This document shows positions 40,901 through 56,400 of a stretch of 64,000 nucleotides of DNA, one piece after another; within the stretch, counting starts at the first letter, position 1, and every line of letters begins with the position of its first letter. Origin of the DNA: Eledone cirrhosa (lineage: Eukaryota). The notes beneath the pieces were generated by a model. That model was not told the origin of the DNA. It worked only from the letters and a program-made list of their open reading frames with translations, and did no database searches. The stretch lies in the NCBI GenBank assembly GCA_964016885.1, contig OZ024742.1, positions 164,238,001 to 164,302,000 on the forward strand, written 5' to 3'. The position numbers and the translations under genes were made by a program.

Positions 40901-43205
40901 TAGAAATTACCTCGCCTTGGACGGCTGGAAAATATGTCTCCTTGGACGGCTGGAAATTATCTCCACTTGGACGGCTGGAAATTATCTCCCCTTGGACGGC
41001 TGGAAATTATCTCCCCTTGGACGGCTAGAGATATTACCTCCCCTTGGACGGCTGGAAATTATCTCCCCTTGATTTTTTTTACAAATTATCTCCCCCTGAT
41101 TTTTTTTTACAAATTATCTCCCCCTGATTTTTTTTTACGAATTATCTCCCCCTGATTTTTTTTACAAATTATCTCCGCCTGATTTTTTTTTAAAAATTAT
41201 CTCCCCTTGAACGGCTGGAAATTATCTCCCCTTGGACGGCTGGAAATTATCTCCCCTTGGACGGCTAGAAATTACCTCTCCTTGGACGGCTGAAAATTAT
41301 CTCCCCTTGGACGGCTGCAAATTATCTCCCCTTGATTTTTTAACAAATTATCTCCCCCTGATTTTTTTTTACAAATTATCTCCCCCTGATTTTTTTTTAC
41401 AAATTATCTACGCCTAAGTTTTTTTACAAATTATCTCCCCCTGATTTTTTTTTACAAATTATCTCCCCCTGATTTTTTTTACAAATTATCTCCCCCTGAT
41501 TTTTTTTACAAATTATTTCCCCCTGATTTTTTTACAAATTATCTCCCCCCTGATTTTTTTTACAATCTCCGCCTGATTTTTTAAAAAATTATCTTCCCTT
41601 GGCTGGCGGGAAATTATCTCCCCTTGGACGGCTGGAAATTATATCCCCTTGGACGGCTGGAAATTACCTCCCCTTGGACAGCTGGAAATTATCTGCCCTT
41701 GATTTTGTTTTTACAAATTATCTCCCCCTGATTTTTTTTACAAATTATCTCCACCTGATTTTTAAAAAATTATCTCCCCTTGGACGGCTGGAAATTATCT
41801 CCCCTTGATTTTTTTACAAATTATCTCCCCCTGATTTTTTTTTACAAATTATCTGCCCCTGATTTTTTTTACAAATTATCTCCCCCTGATTTTTTTACAA
41901 ATTATCTCCCCTTGGCTGGCTGGAAATTATCTCCCCTTGGAGGCTGGAATTTATCTCCCCTTGGACGGCTAGAAATTACCTCTCCTTGGACGGCTGGAAA
42001 ATATTTCTCCTTGGACGGCTGGATATTATCTACCTTTGGACGGGTGGAAATTATCTCCCCTTGGACGGCTGGAAATTATCTCCCCTTGGACGGCTAGATA
42101 TTACCTCCCCTTGGACGGCTGGAAATTATCTTCCCTTGATTTTTTTTACAAATTATCTCCCCCTGATTTTTTTTTTACAAATTATCTCCCCCTGATTTTT
42201 TTACAAATTATCTCCCCCTGATTTTTTTTACAAATTATCTCCGCCTGACTTTTTTAAATATTATCTTCCCTTGGCTGGCGGGAAATTATCTCCCCTTGGA
42301 CGGCTGAAAATTATCTCCCCTTGGACGGCTGGAAATTATCTCCCCTTGATTTTTTTTACAAATTATCTCCCCCTGATTATTTTTTACAAATTATCTTTCC
42401 CTGATTTTTTTTTACAAATTATCTCCCCCTGATTTTTTTTACAAATTATCTCCCCCTGATTTTTTTACAAATTATCTCCCCTTGGCTGGCTGGAAATTAT
42501 CTCTCCTTGGAGGCTGGAATTTATCTCCCCTTGGACGGCTGGAAATTATCTCTCCTTGGACGGCTAGTAATTACCTCTCCTTGGACGGCTGGAAAATATG
42601 TCTCGTTGGAGGGCTGGAAATTATCTCCCCTTGGACGGCTGGAAATTATCTCCCCTTGGACGGCTGGAAATTATCTCTCCTTGGACGGCTAGAAATTACC
42701 TCTCCTTGGACGGCTGAAAATTATCTCTCCTTGGACGGCTGGAAATTATCTCCCCTTGGACGGCTAGATATTACCTCCCCTTGGACGGCTGGAAATTATC
42801 TCCCCTTGATTTTTTTTACAAATTATCTCCCCCTGATTTTTTTTACAAATTATCTCCCCCTGATTTTTTTTTACAAATTATCTCCCCCTGATTTTTTTTT
42901 ACAAATTATCTCCCCCTGATTTTTTTTTACAAATTATCTCCCCTTGGCTGGCTGGAAATTATCTCCCCTTGGAGGCTGGAATTTATCTCCCCTTGGACGG
43001 CTAGAAATTACCTCTCCTTGGACGGCTGGAAAATATGTCCTTGGACGGCTGGATATTATCTACCCTTGGACGGCTGGAAATTATCTCCCCTTGGACGGCT
43101 GGAAATTATCTCCCCTTGGACGGCTAGATATTATCTCCCCTTGGACGGCTGGAAATTATCTCCCCTTGATTTTTTTTACAAATTATCTCCCCCTGATTTT
43201 TTTTA

Positions 43206-43597
43206 CAAATCTAATGATTTTTTAAAAAAAATTATCTCCCCTTCGCTGGCTGCAAATTATCTCCCCTTGGACGCTGGAAATTATAGCCCCTTGGAGGGCT
43301 GGAAATTATCTTCCCTTGGACGGCTGGAAATTATCTCCCCTCGGCTCGAAATTATCTCCCCTTGGACGGCTAGAAATTATCTCTCTTTGGACGGCTGGAA
43401 ATTATCTCCCTTTGATTTTTTTTACAAATTATCTCCCCCTGATTTTTTTTACAAATCTCCCCCTGATTTTTTAAAAAAAATTATCTCCCCTTCGCTGGCT
43501 GGAAATTATCTCCCCTTGGACACTGTAAATTATAGCCCCTTGGAGGGCTGGAAATTATCTTACCTTGGACGGCTGGAAATTATCTCTGCTTGATTTT
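43206..43597 (+). repeat. Divergent ~400-bp satellite module, copy 3
   Basis: Same variants but one monomer shorter, with CGCTGGCTGCAAA, CACTGTAAA and TCTTACCTT changes. Confidence 0.88.
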
Positions 43598-46500
43598 TTT
43601 TTACAAATTATCTCCCCCTGATTTTTTTTTACAAATTATCCCCCCTGATTTTTTTTTACAAATTATCTCCCCCTGATTTTTTTACAAATTATCTCCCCTT
43701 GGCTGGCTGGAAATTATCTCCCCTTGGAGGCTGGAATTTATCTCCCCTTGGACGGCTAGAAATTACCTCGCCTTGGACGGCTGGAAAATATGTCTCCTTG
43801 GACGGCTGGAAATTATCTCCCCTTGGACGGCTGGAAATTATCTCCCCTTGGACGGCTGGAAATTATCTCCCCTTGGACGGCTAGATATTACCTCCCCTTG
43901 GACGGCTGGAAATTATCTCCCCTTGATTTTTTTTACAAATTATCTCCCCCTGATTTTTTTTTACAAATTATCTCCCCCTGATTTTTTTTTACGAATTATC
44001 TCCCCCTGATTTTTTTTTACAAATTATCTCCGCCTGATTTTTTTTTTAAAATTATCTCCCCTTGAACGGCTGGAAATTATCTCCCCTTGGACGGCTGGAA
44101 ATTATCTCCCCTTGGACGGCTAGAAATTACCTCTCCTTGGACGGCTGAAAATTATCTCCCCTTGGACGGCTGCAAATTATCTCCCCTTGATTTTTTAACA
44201 AATTATCTCCCCCTGATTTTTTTTTACAAATTATCTCCCCCTGATTTTTTTTTACAAATTATCTACGCCTAATTTTTTTTACAAATTATCTCCCCCTGAT
44301 TTTTTTTTACAAATTATCTCCCCCTGATTTTTTTTACAAATTATCTCCCCCTGATTTTTTTTTACAAATTATTTCCCCCTGATTTTTTTACAAATTATCT
44401 CCCCCCTGATTTTTTTTACAATCTCCGCCTGATTTTTTTAAAAATTATCTTGCCTTGGCTGGCGGGAAATTATCTCCCCTTGGACGGCTGGAAATTATAT
44501 CCCCTTGGACGGCTGGAAATTACCTCCCCTTGGACAGCTGGAAATTATCTGCCCTTGATTTTGTTTTTACAAATTATCTCCCCCTGATTTTTTTTACAAA
44601 TTATCTCCACCTGATTTTTTAAAAAATTATCTCCCCTTGGACGGCTGGAAATTATCTCCCCTTGATTTTTTTTACAAATTATCTCCCCCTGATTTTTTTT
44701 TACAAATTATCTCCCCCTGATTTTTTTTACAAATTATCTCCCCCTGATTTTTTCTTACAAATTATCTGCCCCTGATTTTTTTTACAAATTATCTCCCCCT
44801 GATTTTTTTACAAATTATCTCCCCTTGGCTGGCTGGAAATTATCTCCCCTTGGAGGCTGGAATTTATCTCCCCTTGGACGGCTAGAAATTACCTCTCCTT
44901 GGACGGCTGGAAAATATTTCTCCTTGGACGGCTGGATATTATCTACCCTTGGACGGGTGGAAATTATCTCCCCTTGGACGGCTGGAAATTATCTCCCCTT
45001 GGACGGCTAGATATTACCTCCCCTTGGACGACTGGAAATTATCTCCCCTTGATTTTTTTTACAAATTATCTCCCCCTGATTTTTTTTTTACAAATTATCT
45101 TCCCCTGATTTTTTTTACAAATTATCTCCGCCTGATTTTTTTAAATATTATCTTCTCTTGGCTGGCGGGAAATTATCTCCCCTTGGACGGCTGAAAATTA
45201 TCTCCCCTTGGACGGCTGGAAATTATCTCCCCTTGATTTTTTTTACAAATTATCTCCCCCTGATTTTTTTTTACAAATTATCTCCCCCTGATTTTTTTTT
45301 ACAAATTATCTCCCCCTGATTTTTTTTTTACAAATTATCTCCCCCTGATTTATTTACAAATTATCTCCCCCTGATTTTTTTTACAAATTATCTCCGCCTG
45401 ATTTTTTTAAATATTATCTTCTCTTGGCTGGCGGGAAATTATCTCCCCTTGGACGGCTGAAAATTATCTCCCCTTGGACGGCCGGAAATTATCTCCCCTT
45501 GATTTTTTTTACAAATTATCTCCCCCTGATTTTTTTTTACAAATTATCTCCCCCTGATTTTTTTTTACAAATTATCTCCCCCTGATTTTTTTTTACAAAT
45601 TATCTCCCCCTGATTTTTTTTACAAATTATCTCCCCCTGATTTTTTTACAAATTATCTCCCCTTGGCTGGCTGGAAATTATCTCCCCTTGGAGGCTGGAA
45701 TTTATCTCCCCTTGGACGGCTAGAAATTACCTCTCCTTGGACGGCTGGAAAATATGTCCTTGGACGGCTGGATATTATCTACCCTTGGACGGCTGGAAAT
45801 TATCTCCCCTTGGACGGCTGGAAATTATCTCCCCTTGATTTTTTTACAAATTATCTCCCCCTGATTATTTTTTACAAATTATCTCCCCCTGATTTTTTTT
45901 TACAAATTATCTCCCTCTGATTTTTTTTACAAATTATCTCCCCTTGGCTGGCTGGAAATTATCTCCCCTTGGAGGCTGGAATTTATCTCCCCTAGGACGG
46001 TTAGAAATTACCTCTCCTTGGACTGCTGGAAAATATGTCTCCTTGGACGGCTGGAAATTATCTCCCCTTGGACGGCTGGAAATTATCTCCCCTTGGACGG
46101 CTGGAAATTATCTCTCCTCGGACGACTAGAAATTACCTCTCCTTGGACAGCTGAAAATTATCTCCCCTTGGACGGCTGGAAATTATCTCCCCTTGATTTT
46201 TTTTACAAATTATCTCCCCCTGATTTTTTTTTACAAATTATCTCCCCCTGATTTTTTTTTACAAATTATCTCCCCCTGATTTTTTTTACAAATTATCTCT
46301 CCCTGATATTTTTTACAAATTATCTCCCCCTGATTTTTTTACAAATTATCTCCCCTTGGCTGGCTGGAAATTATCTCCCCTTGGAGGCTGGAATTTATCT
46401 CCCCTTGGACGGCTAGAAATTACCTCGCCTTGGACGGCTGGAAAATATGTCTCCTTGGACGGCTGGAAATTATCTCCCCTTGGACGGCTGGAAATTATCT

Positions 46501-49500
46501 CCCCTTGGACGGCTAGATATTACCTCCCCTTGGACGGCTGGAAATTATCTCCCCTTGATTTTTTTTACAAATTATCTCCCCCTGATTTTTTTTTACAAAT
46601 TATCTCCCCCTGATTTTTTTTTACAAATTATCTACCCCTGATTTTTTTTTACAAATTATCTCCCCCTGATTTGTTTTACAAATTATCTCTCACTGATTTT
46701 TTTTTACAAATTATCTCCCCCTGATTTTTTTTTACAAATTATCTACCCCTGATTTTTTTTTACAAATTATCTCCCCCTGATTTTTTTTACAAATTATCTC
46801 CCCCTGATTTTTTTTACAAATTATCTCCCCCTGATTTTTTTACAAATTATCTCCGCCTAATTTTTTTAAATATTATCTTCCCTTGGCTGGCGGGAAATTA
46901 TCTCCCCTTGGACGGCTGAAAATTATCTCCCCTTGGACGGCTGGAAATTATCTCCCCTTGATTTTTTTACAAATTATCTCCCCCTGATTATTTTTTACAA
47001 ATTATCTCCCCCTGATTTTTTTTTACAAATTATCTCCCTCTGATTTTTTTTACAAATTATCTCCCCTTGGCTGGCTGGAAATTATCTCCCCTTGGAGGCT
47101 GGAATTTATCTCCCCTTGGACGGTTAGAAATTACCTCTCCTTGGACTGCTGGAAAATGTCTCCTTGGACGGCTGGAAATTATCTCCCCTGGGACGGCTGG
47201 AAATTATCTCCCCTTGGACGGCTGGAAATTATCTCTCCTCGGACGACTAGAAATTACCTCTCCTTGGACAGCTGAAAATTATCTCCCCTTGGACGGCTGG
47301 AAATTATCTCCCCTTGATTTTTTTTACAAATTATCTCCCCCTGATTTTTTTTTACAAATTATCTCCCCCTGATTTTATTTTACAAATTATCTCCCCCTGA
47401 TTTTTTTTACAAATTATCTCCCCCTGATATTTTTTACAAATTATCTCCCCCTGATTTTTTTACAAATTATCTCCCCTTGGCTGGCTGGAAATTATCTCCC
47501 CTTGGAGGCTGGAATTTATCTCCCCTTGGACGGCTAGAAATTACCTCGCCTTGGACGGCTGGAAAATATGTCTCCTTGGACGGCTGGAAATTATCTCCAC
47601 TTGGACGGCTGGAAATTATCTCCCCTTGGACGGCTGGAAATTATCTCCCCTTGGACGGCTAGAGATATTACCTCCCCTTGGACGGCTGGAAATTATCTCC
47701 CCTTGATTTTTTTTACAAATTATCTCCCCCTGATTTTTTTTTACAAATTATCTCCCCCTGATTTTTTTTTACGAATTATCTCCCCCTGATTTTTTTTACA
47801 AATTATCTCCGCCTGATTTTTTTTTAAAAATTATCTCCCCTTGAACGGCTGGAAATTATCTCCCCTTGGACGGCTGGAAATTATCTCCCCTTGGACGGCT
47901 AGAAATTACCTCTCCTTGGACGGCTGAAAATTATCTCCCCTTGGACGGCTGCAAATTATCTCCCCTTGATTTTTTAACAAATTATCTCCCCCTGATTTTT
48001 TTTTACAAATTATCTCCCCCTGATTTTTTTTTACAAATTATCTACGCCTAAGTTTTTTTACAAATTATCTCCCCCTGATTTTTTTTTACAAATTATCTCC
48101 CCCTGATTTTTTTTACAAATTATCTCCCCCTGATTTTTTTTTACAAATTATTTCCCCCTGATTTTTTTACAAATTATCTCCCCCCTGATTTTTTTTACAA
48201 TCTCCGCCTGATTTTTTAAAAAATTATCTTCCCTTGGCTGGCGGGAAATTATCTCCCCTTGGACGGCTGGAAATTATATCCCCTTGGACGGCTGGAAATT
48301 ACCTCCCCTTGGACAGCTGGAAATTATCTGCCCTTGATTTTGTTTTTACAAATTATCTCCCCCTGATTTTTTTTACAAATTATCTCCACCTGATTTTTAA
48401 AAAATTATCTCCCCTTGGACGGCTGGAAATTATCTCCCCTTGATTTTTTTACAAATTATCTCCCCCTGATTTTTTTTACAAATTATCTGCCCCTGATTTT
48501 TTTTACAAATTATCTCCCCCTGATTTTTTTACAAATTATCTCCCCTTGGCTGGCTGGAAATTATCTCCCCTTGGAGGCTGGAATTTATCTCCCCTTGGAC
48601 GGCTAGAAATTACCTCTCCTTGGACGGCTGGAAAATATTTCTCCTTGTACGGCTGGATATTATCTACCTTTGGACGGGTGGAAATTATCTCCCCTTGGAC
48701 GGCTGGAAATTATCTCCCCTTGGACGGCTAGATATTACCTCCCCTTGGACGGCTGGAAATTATCTTCCCTTGATTTTTTTTACAAATTATCTCCCCCTGA
48801 TTTTTTTTTTACAAATTATCTCCCCCTGATTTTTTTACAAATTATCTCCCCCTGATTTTTTTTACAAATTATCTCCGCCTGACTTTTTTAAATATTATCT
48901 TCCCTTGGCTGGCGGGAAATTATCTCCCCTTGGACGGCTGAAAATTATCTCCCCTTGGACGGCTGGAAATTATCTCCCCTTGATTTTTTTTACAAATTAT
49001 CTCCCCCTGATTATTTTTTACAAATTATCTTTCCCTGATTTTTTTTTACAAATTATCTCCCCCTGATTTTTTTTACAAATTATCTCCCCCTGATTTTTTT
49101 ACAAATTATCTCCCCTTGGCTGGCTGGAAATTATCTCTCCTTGGAGGCTGGAATTTATCTCCCCTTGGACGGCTGGAAATTATCTCTCCTTGGACGGCTA
49201 GTAATTACCTCTCCTTGGACGGCTGGAAAATATGTCTCGTTGGAGGGCTGGAAATTATCTCCCCTTGGACGGCTGGAAATTATCTCCCCTTGGACGGCTG
49301 GAAATTATCTCTCCTTGGACGGCTAGAAATTACCTCTCCTTGGACGGCTGAAAATTATCTCTCCTTGGACGGCTGGAAATTATCTCCCCTTGGACGGCTA
49401 GATATTACCTCCCCTTGGACGGCTGGAAATTATCTCCCCTTGATTTTTTTTACAAATTATCTCCCCCTGATTTTTTTTACAAATTATCTACACCTGATTT

Positions 49501-50020
49501 TTTTACAAATTATCTCCCCCTGATTTTTTTTACAAATTATCTCCGCCTCATTTTTTTAAATATTATCTTCCCTTGGCTGGCGGGAAATTATCTCCCCTTG
49601 GACGGCTGAAAATTATCTCCCCTTGGACGGCTGGAAATTATCTCCCCTTGATCTTTTTTACAAATTATCTCCCCCTGATTTTTTTTTACAAATTATCTCC
49701 CCCTGATTTTTTTTTACAAATTATCTCCCCCTGATTTTTTTTTACAAATTATCTCCCCTTGGCTGGCTGGAAATTATCTCCCCTTGGAGGCTGGAATTTA
49801 TCTCCCCTTGGACGGCTAGAAATTACCTCTCCTTGGACGGCTGGAAAATATGTCCTTGGACGGCTGGATATTATCTACCCTTGGACGGCTGGAAATTATC
49901 TCCCCTTGGACGGCTGGAAATTATCTCCCCTTGGACGGCTAGATATTATCTCCCCTTGGACGGCTGGAAATTATCTCCCCTTGATTTTTTTTACAAATTA
50001 TCTCCCCCTGATTTTTTTTA

Positions 50021-50412
50021 CAAATCTAATGATTTTTTAAAAAAAATTATCTCCCCTTCGCTGGCTGCAAATTATCTCCCCTTGGACGCTGGAAATTATA
50101 GCCCCTTGGAGGGCTGGAAATTATCTTCCCTTGGACGGCTGGAAATTATCTCCCCTCGGCTCGAAATTATCTCCCCTTGGACGGCTAGAAATTATCTCTC
50201 TTTGGACGGCTGGAAATTATCTCCCTTTGATTTTTTTTACAAATTATCTCCCCCTGATTTTTTTTACAAATCTCCCCCTGATTTTTTAAAAAAAATTATC
50301 TCCCCTTCGCTGGCTGGAAATTATCTCCCCTTGGACACTGTAAATTATAGCCCCTTGGAGGGCTGGAAATTATCTTACCTTGGACGGCTGGAAATTATCT
50401 CTGCTTGATTTT
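50021..50412 (+). repeat. Divergent ~400-bp satellite module, copy 4
   Basis: Matches copy 3 at +6,815. Confidence 0.88.
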
Positions 50413-53400
50413 TTTTACAAATTATCTCCCCCTGATTTTTTTTACAAATTATCCCCCCCGATTTTTTTTACAAATTATCTACCCCTGATTTTTTTTACAA
50501 ATTATCTCACCTTGGACGGCTGGAAATTATCTCCCCTTGGACGGCTGGAAATTATCTCTCCTTGGACGGCTAGAAATTACCTCTCCTTGGACGACTGAAA
50601 ATTATCTCCCCTTGGACGGCTGCAAATTATCTCCCCTTGATTTCTTTTACAAATTATCTCCGCCTGATTTTTTTTTTAAAATTATCTCCCCTTGGACGGC
50701 TGGAAATTACCTCCCCTTGGACGGCTGGAAATTATCTCCCCTTGGACGGCTAGAAATTACCTCTCATTGGACGGCTGAAAATTATCTCCCCTTGGACGGC
50801 TGGAAATTATCTCCCCTTGATTTTTTTTACAAATTATCTCCCCCTGATTTTTTTTTTACAAATTATCTCCGCCTGATTTTTTTTTAAAATTATCTCTCCT
50901 TGGACGGCTGGATATTATCTCCCCTTTCATTTTTTTTACAAATTATCTCCCCCTGATTTTTTTTTACAAATTATCTCCCCCTGATTTTTTTTTACAAATT
51001 ATCTCCCCCTGATTTTTTTTTACAAATTATCTCCCCCTGATTTTTTTTTACAAATTATCTCCCCCTGATTTTTTTTACAAATTATCTCCCCCTGATTTTT
51101 TTACAAATTATCTCCCCTTGGCTGGCTGGAAATTATCTCCCCTTGGAGGCTGGAATTTATCTCCCCTTGGACGGCTAGAAATTACCTCTCCTTGGACGGC
51201 TGGAAAATATGTCCTTGGACGGCTGGATATTATCTACCCTTGGACGGCTGGAAATTATCTCCCCTTGGACGGCTGGAAATTATCTCCCCTTGGACGGCTA
51301 GATATTACCTACCCTTGGACGGCTGGAAATTATCTCCCCTTGATTTTTTTTACAAATTATCTCCCCCTGATTTTTTTTTACAAATTATCTCCCCCTGATT
51401 TTTTTTTACAAATTATCTCCGCCTGATTTTTTTTTACAAATTATCTCCACCTAATTTTTTTTACAAATTATCTCTCCCTGATCTTTTTTTACAAATTATC
51501 TCCCCCTGATTTTTTTTTACCAATTATCTACCCCTGATTTTTTTTTACAAATTATCTCCCCCTTATTTTTTTTACAAATTATCTCCCCCTGATTTTTTTT
51601 ACAAATTATCTCCCCCTGATTTTTTTACAAATTATCTCCCCCCGATTTTTTTTACAAATTATATCCGCCTAATTTTTTTAAATATTATCTATCCTTGGCT
51701 GGCGGGAAATTATCTCCCCTTGGACGGCTGAAAATTTTCTCCCCTTGGACGGCTGGAAATTATCTCCCCTTGATTTTTTTACAAATTATCTCCCCCTGAT
51801 TATTTTTTACAAATTATCTCCCCCTGATTTTTTTTTACAAATTATCTCCCTCTGATTTTTTTTACGAATTATCTCCCCTTGGCTGGCTGGAAATTATCTC
51901 CCCTTGGAGGCTGGAATTTATCTCCCCTTGGACGGTTAGAAATTACCTCTCCTTGGACTGCTGGAAAATATGTCTCCTTGGACGGCTGGAAATTATCTCC
52001 CCTTGGACGGCTGGAAATTATCTCCCCTTGGACGGCTGGAAATTATCTCTCCTCGGACGACTAGAAATTACCTCTCCTTGGACAGCTGAAAATTATCTCC
52101 CCTTGGACGGCTGGAAATTATCTCCCCTTGATTTTTTTTACAAATTATCTCCCCCTGATTTTTTTTTACAAATTATCTCCACCTGATTTTTTTTTACAAA
52201 TTATCTCCCCCTGATTTTTTTTACAAATTATCTCCCCCTGATATTTTTTACAAATTATCTCCCCCTGATTTTTTTACAAATTATCTCCCCTTGGCTGGCT
52301 GGAAATTATCTACCCTTGGAGGCTGGAATTTATCTCCCCTTGGACGGCTAGAAATTACCTCGCCTTGGACGGCTGGAAAATATGTCTCCTTGGACGGCTG
52401 GAAATTATCTCCCCTTGGACGGCTGGAAATTATCTCCCCTTGGACGGCTGGAAATTATCTCCCCTTGGACGGCTAGATATTACCTCCCCTTGGACGGCTG
52501 GAAATTATCTCCCCTTGATTTTTTTTACAAATTATCTCCCCCTGATTTTTTTTTACAAATTATCTCCCCCTGATTTTTTTTACGAAGTATCTCCCCCTGA
52601 TTTTTTTTTACAAATTATCTCCGCCTGATTTTTTTTTTAAAATTATCTCCCCTTGAACGGCTGGAAATTATCTCCCCTTGGACGGCTGGAAATTATCTCC
52701 CCTTGGACGGCTAGAAATTACCTCTCCTTGGACGGCTGAAAATTATCTCCCATTGGACGGCTGCAAATTATCTCCCCTTGATTTTTTAACAAATTATCTC
52801 CCCCTGATTTTTTTTTACAAATTATCTCCCCCTGATTTTTTTTTACAAATTATCTACGCCTAATTTTTTTTACAAATTATCTCCCCCTGATTTTTTTTTA
52901 CAAATTATCTCCCCCTGATTTTTTTTACAAATTATCTCCCCCTGATTTTTTTTTACAAATTATTTCCCCCTGATTTTTTTACAAATTATCTCCCCCCTGA
53001 TTTTTTTTACAATCTCCGCCTGATTTTTTTAAAAATTATCTTCCCTTGGCTGGCGGGAAATTATCTCCCCTTGGACGGCTGGAAATTATATCCCCTTGGA
53101 AGGATGGAAATTATCTCCCCTTGGACGGCTGGAAATTATCTCCCCTTGGACGGCTGGAAATTATCTCCCCTTGGACAGCTGGAATTTATCTGCCCTTGAT
53201 TTTGTTTTTACAAATTATCTCCCCCTGATTTTTTTTACAAATTATCTCCACCTGATTTTTTAAAAAATTATCTCCCCTTGGACGGCTGGAAATTATCTCC
53301 CCTTGATTTTTTTTACAAATTATCTCCCCCTGATTTTTTTTTACAAATTATCTCCCCCTGATTTTTTTTTACAAATTATCTCCCCCTGATTTTTTTTTAC

Positions 53401-56400
53401 AAATTATCTCACCCTGATTTTTTTTACAAATTATCTCTCCCTGATTTTTTTACAAATTATCTCCCCTTGGCTGGCTGGAAATTATCTCCCCTTGGAGGCT
53501 GGAATTTATCTCCCCTTGGACGGCTAGAAATTACCTCTCCTTGGACGGCTGGAAAATATGTCTCCTTGGACGGCTGGATATTATCTACCCTTGGACGGCT
53601 GGAAATTATCTCCCCTTGGACGGCTGGAAATTATCTCCTCTTGGACGGCTAGATATTACCTCCCCTTGGACGGCTGGAAATTATCTCCCCTTGATTTTTT
53701 TACAAATTATCTCCCCCTGATTTTTTTACAAATTATCTCCCCTTGATTTTTTTTACAAATTATCTCCGCCTAATTTTTTTAAATATTATCTTCCCTTGGC
53801 TGGCGGGAAATTATCTCCCCTTGGACGGCTGAAAATTATCTCCCCTTGGACGGCTGGAAATTATCTCCCCTTGATTTTTTTTACAAATTATCTCCCCCTG
53901 ATTTTTTTTTACAAATTATCTCCCCCTGATTTTTTTTACAAATTATCTCCCCCTGATTTTTTTACAAATTATCTCCCCTTGGCTGGCTGGAAATTATCTC
54001 CCCTTGGAGGCTGGAATTTATCTCCCCTTGGACGGCTAGAAATTACCTCTCCTTGGAAGGCTGGAAAATATGTCCTTGGACGGCTGGATATTATCTACCC
54101 TTGGACGGCTGGAAATTATCTCCCCTTGGACGGCTGGAAATTATCTCCCCTTGGACGGCTAGATATTACCTCCCCTTGGACGGCTGGAAATTATCTCCAC
54201 TTGATTTTTTTTACAAATTATCTCCCCCTGATTTTTTTTTACAAATTATCTCCCCCTGATTTTTTTTTACAAATTATTTCCCCCTGATTTTTTTACAAAT
54301 TATCTCCCCCCTGATTTTTTTTACAATCTCCGCCTGATTTTTTTAAAAATTATCTTGCCTTGGCTGGCGGGAAATTATCTCCCCTTGGACGGCTGGAAAT
54401 TATATCCCCTTGGACGGCTGGAAATTACCTCCCCTTGGACAGCTGGAAATTATCTGCCCTTGATTTTGTTTTTACAAATTATCTCCCCCTGATTTTTTTT
54501 ACAAATTATCTCCCCCTGATTTTTTTTTTACAAATTATCTCCCCCTGATTTTTTTTACAAATTATCTCCCCCTGATTTTTTTACAAATTATCTCCCCTTG
54601 GCTGGCTGGAAATTATCTCCCCTTGGAGGCTGGAATTTATCTCCCCTTGGACGGCTAGAAATTACCTCTCCTTGGACGGCTGGAAAATATTTCTCCTTGG
54701 ACGGCTGGATATTATCTACCCTTGGACGGGTGGAAATTATCTCCCCTTGGACGGCTGGAAATTATCTCCCCTTGGACGGCTAGATATTACCTCCCCTTGG
54801 ACGACTGGAAATTATCTCCCCTTGATTTTTTTTACAAATTATCTCCCCCTGATTTTTTTTTTACAAATTATCTTCCCCTGATTTTTTTTACAAATTATCT
54901 CCGCCTGATTTTTTTAAATATTATCTTCTCTTGGCTGGCGGGAAATTATCTCCCCTTGGACGGCTGAAAATTATCTCCCCTTGGACGGCTGGAAATTATC
55001 TCCCCTTGATTTTTTTTACAAATTATCTCCCCCTGATTTTTTTTTACAAATTATCTCCCCCTGATTTTTTTTTACAAATTATCTCCCCCTGATTTTTTTT
55101 TTACAAATTATCTCCCCCTGATTTATTTACAAATTATCTCCCCCTGATTTTTTTTACAAATTATCTCCGCCTGATTTTTTTAAATATTATCTTCTCTTGG
55201 CTGGCGGGAAATTATCTCCCCTTGGACGGCTGAAAATTATCTCCCCTTGGACGGCCGGAAATTATCTCCCCTTGATTTTTTTTACAAATTATCTCCCCCT
55301 GATTTTTTTTTACAAATTATCTCCCCCTGATTTTTTTTTACAAATTATCTCCCCCTGATTTTTTTTTACAAATTATCTCCCCCTGATTTTTTTACAAATT
55401 ATCTCCCCTTGGCTGGCTGGAAATTATCTCCCCTTGGAGGCTGGAATTTATCTCCCCTTGGACGGCTAGAAATTACCTCTCCTTGGACGGCTGGAAAATA
55501 TGTCCTTGGACGGCTGGATATTATCTACCCTTGGACGGCTGGAAATTATCTCCCCTTGGACGGCTGGAAATTATCTCTCCTCGGACGACTAGAAATTACC
55601 TCTCCTTGGACAGCTGAAAATTATCTCCCCTTGGACGGCTGGAAATTATCTCCCCTTGATTTTTTTTACAAATTATCTCCCCCTGATTTTTTTTTACAAA
55701 TTATCTCCCCCTGATTTTTTTTTACAAATTATCTCCCCCTGATTTTTTTTACAAATTATCTCCCCCTGATATTTTTTACAAATTATCTCCCCCTGATTTT
55801 TTTACAAATTATCTCCCCTTGGCTGGCTGGAAATTATCTCCCCTTGGAGGCTGGAATTTATCTCCCCTTGGACGGCTAGAAATTACCTCGCCTTGGACGG
55901 CTGGAAAATATGTCTCCTTGGACGGCTGGAAATTATCTCCCCTTGGACGGCTGGAAATTATCTCCCCTTGGACGGCTAGATATTACCTCCCCTTGGACGG
56001 CTGGAAATTATCTCCCCTTGATTTTTTTACAAATTATCTCCCCCTGATTTTTTTTTACAAATTATCTCCCCCTGATTTTTTTTTACAAATTATCTACCCC
56101 TGATTTTTTTTTACAAATTATCTCCCCCTGATTTGTTTTACAAATTATCTCTCACTGATTTTTTTTTACAAATTATCTCCCCGATTTTTTTTTACAAATT
56201 ATCTACCCCTGATTTTTTTTTACAAATTATCTCCCCCTGATTTTTTTTACAAATTATCTCCCCCTGATTTTTTTTACAAATTATCTCCCCCTGATTTTTT
56301 TACAAATTATCTCCCCCCGATTTTTTTTACAAATTATCTCCGCCTAATTTTTTTAAATATTATCTTCCCTTGGCTGGCGGGAAATTATCTCCCCTTGGAC

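Larger units (their letters stand above)
37040..50490 (+). repeat. ~6,634-bp tandem duplication (2 copies)
   Basis: Landmarks 37065/43699, 38191/44825, 39029/45663, 40433/47067, 41232/47866 and 42482/49116 are all +6,634. The final segment is at +6,815 (42944/49759). Confidence 0.92.
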
